A stretch of 64,000 bases of DNA from the human T2T-CHM13v2.0 reference genome, Homo sapiens, in the NCBI RefSeq assembly GCF_009914755.1, contig NC_060935.1; one strand, written 5' to 3'. This document shows positions 30,506-42,948 of this stretch, one piece after another. The notes beneath the pieces were generated by a model. That model was given only the letters and a program-made list of their open reading frames with translations, was not told where the DNA came from and ran no database searches. Numbering within the stretch: the first letter of the stretch is position 1; every line of letters starts with the position of its first letter. The translations under genes and the position numbers were made by a program.

Positions 30506-31494
30506 AAAAGCCATTCCCAAAATCTCAACAGGTGGGTTATCTCTGAGGAATGTACACACCTCAGTTCTAATCTAAAGAAATAAAACTTGAAGAATACCAA
30601 GAAGATAACATTCTTTTTAAAGAGCATAAACCTTTGGGTAAAGGTAAATATTTTTCCTATATAAAATACAGAGTGCAAATAAAAGATTAAACTGCATATT
30701 ATAGAAAGGAAAAATAAGAGAATAATTTGTAGGGTTAATTTAAAGTACGTTATTAATAACATAAGCACTTTTCCCGAAGAGTGAAAACTATGTTCAATAT
30801 GAGTTTGAAAAAAAAATCTGTAGATTTTTTTAATCTATTGGATGAAATATGAAGATTTTATTCTATTAAATTGTCTATATGAGGTTGTAGCCATAAGCAA
30901 CAAATTAAAATATGAATGGTGAAGACTATAAATGAATCCTTGCCAATTGGGTCAGAAGTATATGGTCTGATCTTTATATAGAACAGACCGATCAATAACA
31001 GAGCAGCCCAAAGTCTCTGGTTGAAATCCCAGGGTAATTCTACTTAAAAAAAAAAAAAAAAAGCGGTAAGAAATGTGGTCTTTATCTTTATTTCCCTCTA
31101 TTTTTTTCTTCTATAAATACTAATACAGTTGGCTTTCTTTTTCTCTAATAGAGGAAATACAGAAAAGATATTTCCTTTTAACAACCCAAAAAGGTCAGAA
31201 AAGTATAAAATGTCAAATCTACAAAGTTGGATAAATGTGGGCAAAGCATTAAATGTTAATGATGGCCTTCTTTGCAAAGTTTCATGAAAATCACGTACAT
31301 TTTCAATTATGCTATAATTAAGATGGCATGATCCCACTTGTCATCACAAAATGAATTGACTAGACATGTGGTTGGGGTCATCATTAACATTTCAGTAAAG
31401 ACCAAGCAGGAAGATAACTTGACTCACTGTCTCTGTCAACTGGCATAGCTAAGTGAAGAGGTGTGACAGTAGTGTGGGGGACTGTCATGATCAA

Positions 31495-32360
31495 GAGCTT
31501 GGGAGTCAAGCCAATTGGGTATTGGCTACGTGAACTCTTTGAGCCTCAGCTTCTCTGTTGATAAAATTGTGTGATGACATTTGACTTGCAGCATTGTTTT
31601 AAGGGCCAGAATAATAATTATTATTATTTTCTGCACAGCATGTAGCACAATGACAACATTATAAGGAGCTCCATAATATGACTTCTGCTCCTATTTCAAG
31701 CTTTATAGTCCATGGATGTCTTCATCATTCTCCATCCTGTAGCCTCACAGACCATTTTGCATTTTTAGTAACTTATGTGTTTTCTCAACTCTGATTCTTT
31801 TCCATTATATTTGCTCCTTTTGTTCCTTCGTCTTTCCTCATGCCCCCTCCATCTTCACTTGGCCAAATTCTACTATTTGATTATCAGTTTGACTGTATAT
31901 GTTCCTTCACAGGATATGTTAAGATTCTTCTGCTATATGATGCCAGAGCATTCTATCCTTTTCCTTTCAAATCTTAAGTCTTACTTTAATCACTTATTTT
32001 GCTTTCTCCAGTTATACTGTAAGGAAGCTGTGGATGGGGAAAGCATTGCCTCGTTCACCAACACAACCCTGTTTTTGACATGTCCTAAGTATTGAATAAA
32101 TTAGAACTACTTCCATCATTGTACTCCATATATATCTACAATGTAGGAAGCATGGACGTGGGCTTTGGATTTAGAAAGATGAGGGCTTGACTTCAATAGC
32201 TCACTAGTCCTGAAACATTGGCTAAGTTAGTCAAGCCCTACCAGATATCATTTTCTTGACTGTAAACTTGCAATAATACTGTCTCTGGAAGTGACTATGA
32301 AGGCTAAATGAGAAACATATCAGCATTGGTGACTCTTAAAGTAATTAGTATCACTATTAT
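31495..32360 (+). mobile_element. Degraded MIR / L2 / MIR fragments
   Basis: MIR cores (GAGCCTCAGCTTC; TTGGCTAAGTTAGTCAA...CTGTAAA) flank an L2-like stretch ending TTGAATAAAT. Confidence 0.5.
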
Positions 32361-33884
32361 TGCCCTGTGCATTCACATTCCATTTTTTGTATAGTAGTCT
32401 AGACTTCTGAAAAGTAGAAATAAATCAATTGGGGGGAAAAAAGAAGCAAGTTCTCTTGCTAAGGCAATGTATTTGTGTAGAGCTCATTTTACCCCACCAA
32501 AGTTGCTTTCTAGCATTATGTTAACAGAGAAGATTTTCTGGGACTGAGATTTTATTCAGGGCCTTCCGTCAATATACTTATGATGCTAAGACGGAAATGA
32601 CAACAGCTGAATTTAAATTGGAGGCTAATCTAAAGTGACAGCCATATCAAATTTTCAAGTCAGACTTGAAAGCCAGTCCTTCAGAGGTCTGCATCCATGA
32701 CAAGTGCACCTGATGCACACCTCAGCTTGCCTCACCCCATCCAGCATGCTCATTAGATAATGTCACTCTGGCAATGCACAAGGGAAACGGTTTGGTGAAA
32801 CCCATGTGACTCCAGAATTTTGCATGTTTCAGTGAATGAAACTCATGTTAGCTCATGAAAAGCAGATCCCTGTGGCTGTTTTTCAACCTCCAGAAAAAGA
32901 GAGCTAGGGAGGGCTCCAGAATTTTTATACACGTAGTACTTAGGATTAGTCATCTGGTTTTAAGAAAGCCTATGAGGCTTTTCTTGAGAGCATTTGCATC
33001 ACAAGCTAATTGTTTTTTCTTAAACTGTGTGCACATTGGAATGGCTGGGGGATGCTTGTGAAAATCACAGGGGTTGGGGGAGAGAAGGGATAAAGCCTCG
33101 CTGAGCTATCCTTCAGTAAATATATAACTGTGGAAAAGGAACAGGGAATGTGGTTTTAATTGCCATAATGGCTTAAGCTTCAACTACTGAAGAATGCTAT
33201 TTAATATTTCACTATGACCAAGTTGGTGGGAGAGACAAGTCAGAGGATCAGGACTTCACTTTCAGAGGAAACATCTGGAAAGTCCTGTTTGTTCTCATTC
33301 CCATGGCAGAAATTCCTCCTACACCCACATTAATGCCATTTTTAGATGAGTCAGCAGGAAAACTCAGATGGAAATTTTCATTCTAAACTTTGGAAGATTT
33401 ATCTCTAAAGCCCTGAACCCAAAACAGTACTCTAGATGAGAAGAGTTTCTTCCGATACCTTTCTATTTCCCTGCCCAACCCCTAAAGACTACCCACCACC
33501 ACCAAGTTTGAAGCAGAGCCACTTCCCTTGTTAGATCAACTAGGAAAATATTTAGTGTTTGATCATCTTTGGGGATTACTTCTCTGCTTTGTAATATATA
33601 ATCAAAGATGCAATTAAAAATGCTAGAAATGTTTAATATGTTTTTAAAGAAAGAATTCAAAACTATGTTGTTCATAATATTAACAATGATATTTAAGAAA
33701 CTGTGTTTTTCTGGGCTATCATGTCCCCTTCTCTCTGTACTGAATTAAGTAAGTCATACAGAAGGAAATAACCTTTTGTTATTCTCTGAGAAAGTACTTT
33801 GGTCTCAGAGACACGACATTTATTTTGTTCCTTATATTACTTGAGCTCACTTAGAAACACTAATAACATTAGGATGACCCTTAA

Positions 33885-34045
33885 TAGCTTAAGTTTACTT
33901 TTAAACACAGTATCTCATTCAGCCTTGAAGACAAACCTGTGGGGGATAGATTATTTCCATTTTAGAAGTAAGAAAATTGAGATGGAAAGAAGTTAAAAAA
34001 CAATGCCTCTGATCACAGAATGAGCACATTAGCTAGGATTACCTG
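33885..34045 (-). mobile_element. MIR fragment
   Basis: ATCTCATTCAGCC...CCATTTTAGAAGTAAGAAAATTGAG...GAAGTTAA...GATCACAG. Confidence 0.6.
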
Positions 34046-34186
34046 AAGCAAACACAACCCAGTTATGTTCCAGGAAATATAAAAAGGTAAGACAAATTAA
34101 TTACATGTTCACAAATTATGTATTGAAATCTCAATCAGCTTTCAAGAATAACAATAACAGCTCTAGTATTATTATTGAAGACCTAT

Positions 34187-34923
34187 TGTTTACAGCAGGT
34201 AGTCAGGCAGACATAAGCAGGGGCAGGAGAGGGACCCCCACCATCAGGAATGTCAGTCAACCATCAGGTGATGGTCAGGCAGTTAGTAAACTAAATTTCT
34301 AAAATAATAATTGGTCACAGCCAGCGCCAGGAAAAGGCAGTCTCCCAGTAGACAGAAACATCTGAAACTGGTGATCAGCAGCTTCTCGATAAGATCTCAG
34401 GAGTTGGGTGAGTGGGCTCAAGCACGTTCACTAAAAGGCAAAATGGCAGTTTAACTGGTATATGACCTTCTATGGACATTTGGCTGGTAAGAGAACACTT
34501 CAAGTAAGCGTGTTTACAGCGTCAGTAAACACATGTGCTCACCTCCCACACACTAGCAGGCCACTGCACATGTGGACAGCTCACCCCAAGAGAAGAATCA
34601 GGGGAGAAGGGACGCAAGAACCTGGAAGTTTGCCGACGTATAAAACCCCAAGTCAAAGGTCAAACAGCACACTTGTCTTTCAAGTTGCCCACTTGGCCCT
34701 CTTCCAAGTATACTTTCCTTTGTGTTATTCCTGCTCTGAAGCTTTTTAATAAGCTTTCAGTCCTGCTCTAAAACTTGCCTCTGTCTCCCCTTCTGCCTTA
34801 GGCCCCTCAGTCTAATTCTTTCTTCTGAGAAGGCAAGAACTGAGGTAGCTGCAGACCTATACAGATTTGCTGTTCATAACATACTGTGGTGCCGTGTGAC
34901 TCAGATACTTTCCACTGCCAACA
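34187..34923 (+). mobile_element. MER50-like ERV1 solo LTR
   Basis: TG...CA ends with 4-bp TSD CTAT (34183-34186, 34924-34927). ACCATCAGGTGATGGTCAGGC and GATAAGATCTCAGGAGTTGGG motifs. TATA-like TATAAAA at ~34639. Confidence 0.88.
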
Positions 34924-35329
34924 CTATCATGTACCAAGAACTATATAATAAAAAGCAAGACAAGGTTAAGTCCTCAAGGAGCTCCCTATCTCCAATGTGC
35001 ATAACACCAAATAAAAAGAAAACAACAAGCCATGTGGAGAAGGGTAAAGTTATATAAAAATATTATTAATAGTCTTTTTATCTGCAGAATATTTTATAGT
35101 TTTCAAAAAAATTCCAATTCTAATCTCTCCTTTTATTCTCATTATAACTTATCAATGTTTCACTGTGAGTGGGGGGTTGCTGTGCTCCATGAATTGGTGG
35201 TGCATGGGATATGGTGTGGAGGATAGTATGTACCTGGTATATGCACCTATTGTGAATTCTTATAATTTTATATTCCCTTGGGGATCTATTTTGAATACAA
35301 GTTCAACTTTCTCATACTAGAATCAGGGC

Positions 35330-36402
35330 TGTTGCAGGACGTCAGGAACCCCAAACGGAGGGACTGGCTGAAGCCATGGCAGAAGAATATAAATTGTGAA
35401 GATTTCATGGACATTTATTAGTTCCCCAAATTAATACTTTTATAATTTCTTACACCTGTCTTTACTGCAATCTCTGAACATAAATTGTGAAGATTTCATG
35501 GACACTTATCACTTCCCCAATCAATACCCTTGTGATTTCCTATGCCTGTCTTTATTTTAATCTCTTAATCCCATCACCTTCCTAAACTGAGGAGGATGTA
35601 TGTTGCCTCAGGACCCTGTGATGATTGTGTTAACTGCACAAATTGTTTGTAGAGCATGTGTGTTTGAACAATATGAAATCTGGGCACCTTGAAAAAAGAA
35701 CAAGATGACAGCAATGTTCAGGGAACAAGAGAGATAACCTTAAACTCTGACTGCCGGTGAGCCATATTTCTCTTCTTTCAAAAGCAAATGGGAGAAATAT
35801 CGCTGAATTCTTTTTCTCAGCAAGGAACATCCCTGAGAAAGAGAATGCTTCCCTGAGGGTAGCCTCTGAAATGGCCACTTCGGCGGGGCGGCCGTCTTTT
35901 ATGGTCGAAGCTGTAGGGATGAAATAAGCCCCAGTCTCCCGTAGTGCTCCCAGGCTTATTAGGATGAGGAAATTCCCGCCTAATAAATTTTGGTCAGACC
36001 GGTTGTCTGCCTCAAACCCTGTCTCCTGATAAGATGTTATCAATGAAAATGCGTGCCAGAAACTTCATTAGCAATTTTAATTTTGCCCCTGTCCTGTGGT
36101 CCTGTGATCTCGCCCTGCCTCCATTTGCCTTGTGATATCTTATTACCTTGTGAAGCCTGTGATCTCTGTGACCCACACCGTATTCGTACACTCCCTCCCC
36201 TTTTGAAAATCACTAATAAAATCTTGCTGGTTTTACGGCTCAGGGGGCATCACAGAACCTGCCGACATGTGATGTCTCCCCCGGACACCCAGCTGTAAAA
36301 TTTCTCTCTTTTGTACTCTGTCCCTTTATTTCTCAGACTGGCTGACACTTAGGGAAAATAGAAAAGAACCTACGTGACTATTGTGGGCAGGTTCACCCGA
36401 TA
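35330..36402 (+). mobile_element. MER11 (MER11C-length) ERVK/HML-8 solo LTR
   Basis: TGTTGCAGGACGTCAGGAACCCCAAACGGAGGGAC start, internal ATAAATTGTGAAGATTTCATGGACA repeats, AATAAA, and ...CCCGATA end. 6-bp TSD CAGGGC (35324-35329, 36403-36408). Confidence 0.92.
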
Positions 36403-36467
36403 CAGGGCCCAGTCACTCTTGTCACAGCTTGAATGATTACATATCAGGGAAACTGAATTGGTCATTT

Positions 36468-37156
36468 TGTATCGGTTTATGCACAGACAAAGCGTCACTT
36501 CCACACTACATCCAAATGGCTCAAGCAGGTAGCCAGAGATAAGAACTCAGAGTTATCTCTTCCACCTGGTACACTAGACTCCCCACTCTCCTGCAGCTTC
36601 CTTTAAAAGGACCGTTCAGGCATTTGTTCCCAAACATAAAATGAGTCACACGCTGTACTTTTCCTCTCTTATCCTTCTTTATACCTGCCTTACATGACCT
36701 GGGGATGGAGAACTGCCCTACACACTCATTGCACCTTCCTTGCCATGGATCTGTAAATAAAAATCTTTGAACTTGTGTCCTATTGTGGTGGTATTGAATA
36801 TGTGCCTTCCATCTGAAGAACCAGGGGTTTCTCCAGGCCAGGCTTTCCCAGAAATGCCTGGGAGAACACAAGGACTGGTTTCTAGTGCCAGAGCATTGGT
36901 CAGGCAGGCATACACTGGACATGGGTGAGATAAGAGCCACAAGGTCATTTACTACTCTAAACGAGTTTCCTGTGTGAAGGATGCCCTGGTGGCGAGATCT
37001 GACAACTAGGCATCGGGACATCCACCAGTTAAAGAAGTATCTTATGAAAGGGACACTGTAGATACCCATGTCCAGCTCCCCTTCATTTCCTGTTAGGGCA
37101 AGCCTGCCAGCTACTCTGATATTGGAGATCCAGTGTACCTTTGGGCTCTCAAAATA
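36468..37156 (+). mobile_element. ERVL-class LTR (MER54/MER74 group)
   Basis: GTAAATAAAAATCTTTGAAC poly(A) region and TAAAGAAGTATCTTATGAAAGGGACACTGTAGA...GGGCTCTCAAAA 3' end. Confidence 0.65.
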
Positions 37157-37984
37157 GTCCTGGCTCTCTCCTTAAAACTGGTTTGGCTGAAAGTTAAAAA
37201 AAAAAAAAAGCAAATGTTTTATGCTTGTCAATTTAATTCTATAATTGGGAGAACAGTTTATGAGCTCATTATTGGTCCATTTATAAAGTCGAAGCAAAAT
37301 AATTCACTTATGGCAAGAATTTCCCATTATTTCCATTATTTTCTGAGCATCTTCCACATTCCCAGCATTTTCTTATATACTCCTTTTGGTAAAGTGAATA
37401 ATTTTCGACTCTATGTTACTCAAATGTCTCTTCTTAAAGACCACTACTTTGATATTTTGCTGTTTACCTATATCTTTCCCGGATTTGGTAAATTGTATAC
37501 CTTTATGATTAATAAAGATATTAATATGAAGCTTCCAGAATGCCAGCTACTCTATGAGCTTGGAAGACATAGTGGGGATCAAGAGAGGCCTATGTACTGT
37601 GGCATAAATTTTATATTTCAGTAGTCAATATGGACAAGTAAAAGGGGAAAGCATATTTCTCATATGCTCTAGGAAAAAAATAAATTTACTTCACAGAAAT
37701 ATCTTGCTTTAATCTCACTGTGCTTCTCACTTTGAGAATCAGGATCACATTTTTTAATTGATGTTATCTTTCTACCAGTTGTTAAAAACAAGAGTTAGAA
37801 TCTTTAATTTTAAAACAAAAATTTATCATCAGGTCTTTTTATTATTTGCTGTAAGTTAAACTTTCAGTTTGGGATAATGATGCAGATGAGGGGAAAAATA
37901 TCTCAGTAGGACTGCAGAGACTAGATAGTATTGAGAATAAAAGCCAATGAGAGGTTAGCAGCCTGGTGAAGTCCTCATGTTTAC

Positions 37985-38210
37985 AATTAGAAAGACCTGG
38001 GTTCAGATTCTATTAGCAGAGTATCCTTGGGCAAATTGCTTCCTCCAAATAAGCATCAGTTTCTATATCTGCAAAATGAGGATAATAAAAATAATAACAA
38101 CAATGAAGTACCATAATCTGATGTTGTACTAATAACAGGAATTAATGCATGCAACCTGCTGCTGCAGTGCCTCAATAATGGCTAGCACTCTATAGGTGAG
38201 CTTGTAACAA
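37985..38210 (+). mobile_element. MIR
   Basis: AGACCTGGGTTCAGATTC...CCTTGGGCAAATTGCTT...TCAGTTTCTATATCTGCAAAATGAGGATAATAA. Confidence 0.75.
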
Positions 38211-40404
38211 TAGTTTGAGATCTGGATGTTCAGTCATTCTGTATCAGAAACTGCCACACCACCAGATGGAGCCTCTCAGGTGTGCCGTCAGAAATGTAAA
38301 GATGATTTTGTGTCACAGATAAAACAGTAGCTGTACTCACAATTTGCAAATAAACTGGGTCCTTCCTCTATCACTGGACCTAAGGAATTTTGGTAATGAC
38401 TCAGTTACTGTAAGGGGTAAGACGTCTGGGACACTTTGGGAAAACAGGGGAGCCAATGGAATTTCAAACCCAATACTCATTTTTACACCCCAAATTGTAA
38501 ATGTCTTCTTAATTTCCAGAATATTGATCAATATCGATCTCCCATACAGCATGGATTAGACAATTGAGGTAGTAGGATTGGTTCACATTTCTAGCTGATT
38601 TTATTTTTCTCCTACCTCTGCCTTAAGTTCATTTCTTGTATCACTGGCGGGAGAATTCAACACTAAATTCTTTTAACTTTTCTGCCTTCTTTGACATCGC
38701 ATTTCGAATTACAGACTTCTAATAAACATCTTCCATGTTTCATGTTTCTTATGGTAAAAATCCAAAGCAATACATTTCCCATCATTGAATAGGATATTTG
38801 TAAAAACCATAGTTCAATATCCAGTCTTTGTACCATTGACATACAGAGTAGATATAATGTATATAAGAGCACAATGTTGTGTACCATTTAAATTTTCTCC
38901 AGAGGGCTAATACCAGATAATACACAGGCCAAGTGGCCATTATTAGATTAGAGATCAGAAAGTAAAAGCATAGAGAAAATGCACAATATTGGAACATGGT
39001 TTTTCCAAGGAGATTTAAACCATCTCCTGTCAGATATGTACAAGTTTATAAAGATTTGTTTATTGCACTGGGGTTTTCTTTTCATGCCCCCACACTCAAA
39101 AAACAAACCTCATAGCTCAGAATCAAGATGTATAGGGTTTCTTCTGTACATAGTGTGGACACAGCTTTATTTAAACCAATGTTCTGTAAGGATTTTATGC
39201 ATTTTTTTTTCCAGTAACTCTCCACATCTCACCATTTTTTAGCTTAGGCAAGAAAAGATTATTCTCTGCCTTGCTGGTCCAGAATCAGCCCTCTTGAGCT
39301 GCCCTATCCAAATGGACCATGAAAAATGAGAGCACATATGTCCTACTTTGGAATGAATAAAGCTTGGGAATTATTTTCTCAGCTTTGATGTCACATCATG
39401 CCTCCCACTTTGGAAAATATTCTTCACATCACTTTTTTTCCCTTTCTTCATCAGAAGAGCACCTACCTACCCGAAATGCTGCAACTGTGGAGGAAATACT
39501 AAATTCAGAAATGAAAATCCTATGTTTGTTTTCCAGGTTGCTCTGACCTAACTGTATATTAGACTCATATGAGAAGCTTTGAAAAGTACAAATACACAGA
39601 TTTCATCTATAGAGATTCGGGTTCACTGGATTTGCAATGAGGCCAGGGTGTCTGGTAGCCTTGCAGCAACATAGTATAGTACCACGTCTCTGTAGGGATT
39701 GGAATATGGACTGCTAGCAGTCTGGAGGGAAGACACCGCTGTTTTTCCCTAAGGAGATACTGAGTGAATAAAGATGTGGTTTACAAAATGATGGTTCTGA
39801 CTACTCTTAGAACTAATTTATTTATTAAATAGATAACAATGAGAAGTCATTTGAGTCATATTTCTACAAAAGGTAATCAACATAGAAATCATTTCCCATT
39901 CAGCCTAGTAAATAATAAAGATATACTTGTTAGTATAAAATGTCAGAATTTATATAACATTTATTATTATTATTTTAGTACACAAGAATGCAATTAAGAG
40001 TCCAGAAACCACCACTAAATTTCTTAGAACCAGGAAAAAATTTACACAATAGAAATATTTCCAAGATTATAGCTTTTCTTTAAAAATGTTTCTACTCCTA
40101 CTAATCTATTTCTAAAAGAGGATAAAGGCAATACTTTATTTTTTAATAGATCTTACAAATGAGGTCACATTGTCGAAAAGTTATACTTCTGATCTATTGG
40201 GAACATTGAGTCAATATTTTAAAATTCTCAAATAAGAAAGCAGAATGTATGTTGTAATAATCTTTTCAGCAAAAATGAACACTGTCAAGATCCCGCATTT
40301 GATGAATTAAATAAAGGGCGTTACATGCACTGATTTCCCTCTAGGATAGTAGTATGACCTATCTAGTTCTCAACGTTCCCAACAGAGTAGAATATGGACT
40401 GCCT

Positions 40405-40529
40405 TTAGACTTGGGTCTCATTCCAAGATATATCATTAAATTTATGCAAGTATTCCAAAATCTGAAGAAATCCTAAATCCAATACACTTCTGGTCTCAAG
40501 CATTTTGGATAAGAGATGTTCAACCTGTA
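40405..40529. mobile_element. Tigger4/MER46-type terminal fragment
   Basis: TATTCCAAAATCTGAA...ACACTTCTGGTCTCAAGCATTTTGGATAAGAGATGTTCAACCTGTA. Confidence 0.8.
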
Positions 40530-40756
40530 GCTGTGTTCTAAAGTAATCGCACATATTTAATCCCTTAACTCAGCAGTCCCAAACCTTTTTGGCTCCAGGG
40601 ACCGGTTTCATGGAAGACAATTTTTCCATGAACTCGGGCAGGTGGGACGGTTTCGGGATGACTCAAGAGCATTACATGTATTGTGATGCACTTTATTTCT
40701 ATTATTATCACATTGTAATATATATGAAATGTTATACAACTCACCATAATGTAGAA

Positions 40757-42948
40757 CCAGTGGGAGCCCTGAGCTTGTTTTCCTGCAACTAGACGGTCCC
40801 ATCTAGGGGCGGTGGCAGATAGTGACACCCAAAGTGTGTTACTTATGTCCAGTCTACTTTGTAATCTCGTTTTGGTTGCTGTCACTGTAGAAAATCCTGC
40901 TTTATAAAGATAGAATGTTGGAAATGGGAGCAGGATTTTCAGTATTTTTGTGGCATCCTCAGGATATTTCGTCTTGATTTTAATTCAGAATATATGGAGA
41001 TTGGAATTTATCTCAAACATACTTTTAAGGCCACTGTCATTTGCGATCTCAAGCAGTTGATCCTCTTCTAGTACCAACAAAGTTGGTTCACCAGGCTTAT
41101 TCACAAATGGGTCACAAGTCCATTCCTTCTCAGTTAGGGTTTTTTTTTTTTTTTTTTTTTTTTCATTGGGGAGTAATGCTGAAACCCTTTTGAAAGCCGA
41201 GACAGGTGATCATGCACCAGCTAAGAGAAAGAAGATCCTGGCTCAGTCTCGTTCAAAGTCCCTGATAATGTTTGAAATATGTCAGAAATCCCAGTGTTCA
41301 CTTGTCGCCCCCAAAGTTCCAGTTTGGCTTCGAATGCAGCCATGTTATCTGCCAACTTGAACACAGTTGTCATTCTCCCCTGAAGTGGCAGATTGCATTT
41401 GTTGAGCAGGTTGAATATTTCACACAAGTAAGCAAGTTTTGTGACTCATCCTGTGTCACTGAAATGTGCTGCCGGTGGTGACTGTTTTTCTAAAAGAAAT
41501 CTCAGGCTGGGCATGCTGGCTCACACCTGTAATCCCAGCACTTTGGGAGGCCAAGGCGGGCAGATCATGAGGTCAGGAGATTGAGACCTTACTGGCCAAC
41601 TTGGTGAAACCCCATCTCTACTAAAAATACAAAAATTAGCTGGGTGTGGTGGCAGGAGACTGTAGTCTCATCTACTAGGGAGGCTGAGGCTCAAGAATTG
41701 CTTGAACCTAGGAGGTGGAGGTTGTAGTGAGCCAGGATTGCGCCACTGCACTGCAGCCTGGCAACAGAGCGAGGCTCTTTCTCAAAAAAAAAAAAAAAAA
41801 AAAAATCTTGATAGCAGCTCTCATAACTCAGAAACTCTGGCCAGTGATCTACCTTTAGAAAGCTATCTCACTTTTGTGAGTAAGAGAAGATGACGTGTAT
41901 GCTCTGTGTCCATCTCCTCACAGAGCTGTGCAAACAGATGTAAGGGCATGTACTTTAACGAGGTTGATAATTTAAACTCATCCTGTAAAACGTTGTTAAG
42001 TTCAGGTGACATTTTTTTTTGGCTAGCCAGATCTCTCTGTGGATGATACAGCGTAGAGGCTCACATTCAGAAGCGACCTCTTTGACCCAAGTAGTCAAAC
42101 CAGAAAGGCGTCCAGCTAGGGTAGTTGTTCTGTCCGTATGCACATACGGACACAAAATGACCAATTCAGTTTTCCCGACATGTAATTATTCAAAGACTTA
42201 AATAGTTCTGCAGCTCTGGTGTTTGTTGCCCACGAAGGTGCACATAATATATTTTCATTTACATCCCCTGAAAAATATGCCACACAAAACAAGCATTGTT
42301 GCCTCGTTGTCAACATCAGCAGACTCATCAACCCGGATTGCATACCACAGTGACTCATTAATCCTGTCTAACAGTTGCCCTTGAATATCCTCTGCTATTT
42401 CATCAATTCACCGAGTTATGGTGCTAGCCAAAAGGGAAACACATGCCACCTTTGGAACAGCAGCCTCTCCTAAAATTCATGGCAAATATCTTTAGTAGCT
42501 GGCATGATCAACTCTTCACCAACCGTAAAGGGCTTCTTAGATTTAGCAATGCGGTTAGCCACTAAGAATGATGTTCTCAGTGCAGACACATTTGACGAAG
42601 TGGTGGCCTTCAATATTGCTTCTGTTCTTCATGTTCACATTAAAACAACAACAACAACAACAAACTCCAAAGGCTTGTCTTTTCATGCAGGGTGCTTGCT
42701 CTCCATGTGGCAAAGCAGTTTTGAAGTTTTCATAGCTTTGTTGGAAAGCCAGTCGACACGTATTACACAAAGCAGGCCTGGAGAATGTGAATCAGCTATT
42801 ACAATGAACCTGTAATTTAAGTAGGCCTCTTGGTATTTTCTTTGAGATGTAGCTTTTTGTTGGTAGTCCTAGAGTCTTCTGCTATCTCATCATTGAATCT
42901 TCTCCCCTTTTCAAAGAAGCTCTCCAGTGATGTCTGTTTTTTAATCAT
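40757..42948 (-). pseudogene. hAT (Charlie/Buster-type) transposase remnant
   Basis: Start MIKKQTSLESFFEKG, decayed BED-finger region, VDESADV (DES-D motif), RCIIHRE (CxxH), IFNLLNKCNLPLQG, and C-terminal RWDRLVAGKQAQGSH. Broken by frameshifts and an Alu. Confidence 0.85.
41505..41797 (+). mobile_element. AluSc-like SINE inserted into the transposase
   Basis: CATGAGGTCAGGAGATTGAGACC and CCTGGCAACAGAG. TSD-like AAAAGAAATCTCA / AAAAAAAATCTTG. Confidence 0.93.

Noticed and set aside
35388-35560. Spaced direct repeats (ATAAATTGTGAAGATTTCATGGACA) resembling a CRISPR-like array
   Set aside because: Internal tandem repeats of the MER11 LTR. The spacers are homologous and the context is eukaryotic.
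36521-37624. 182-aa and 163-aa ORFs
   Set aside because: They lie in LTR or AT-rich sequence, with no domain motifs and no recognisable homology.
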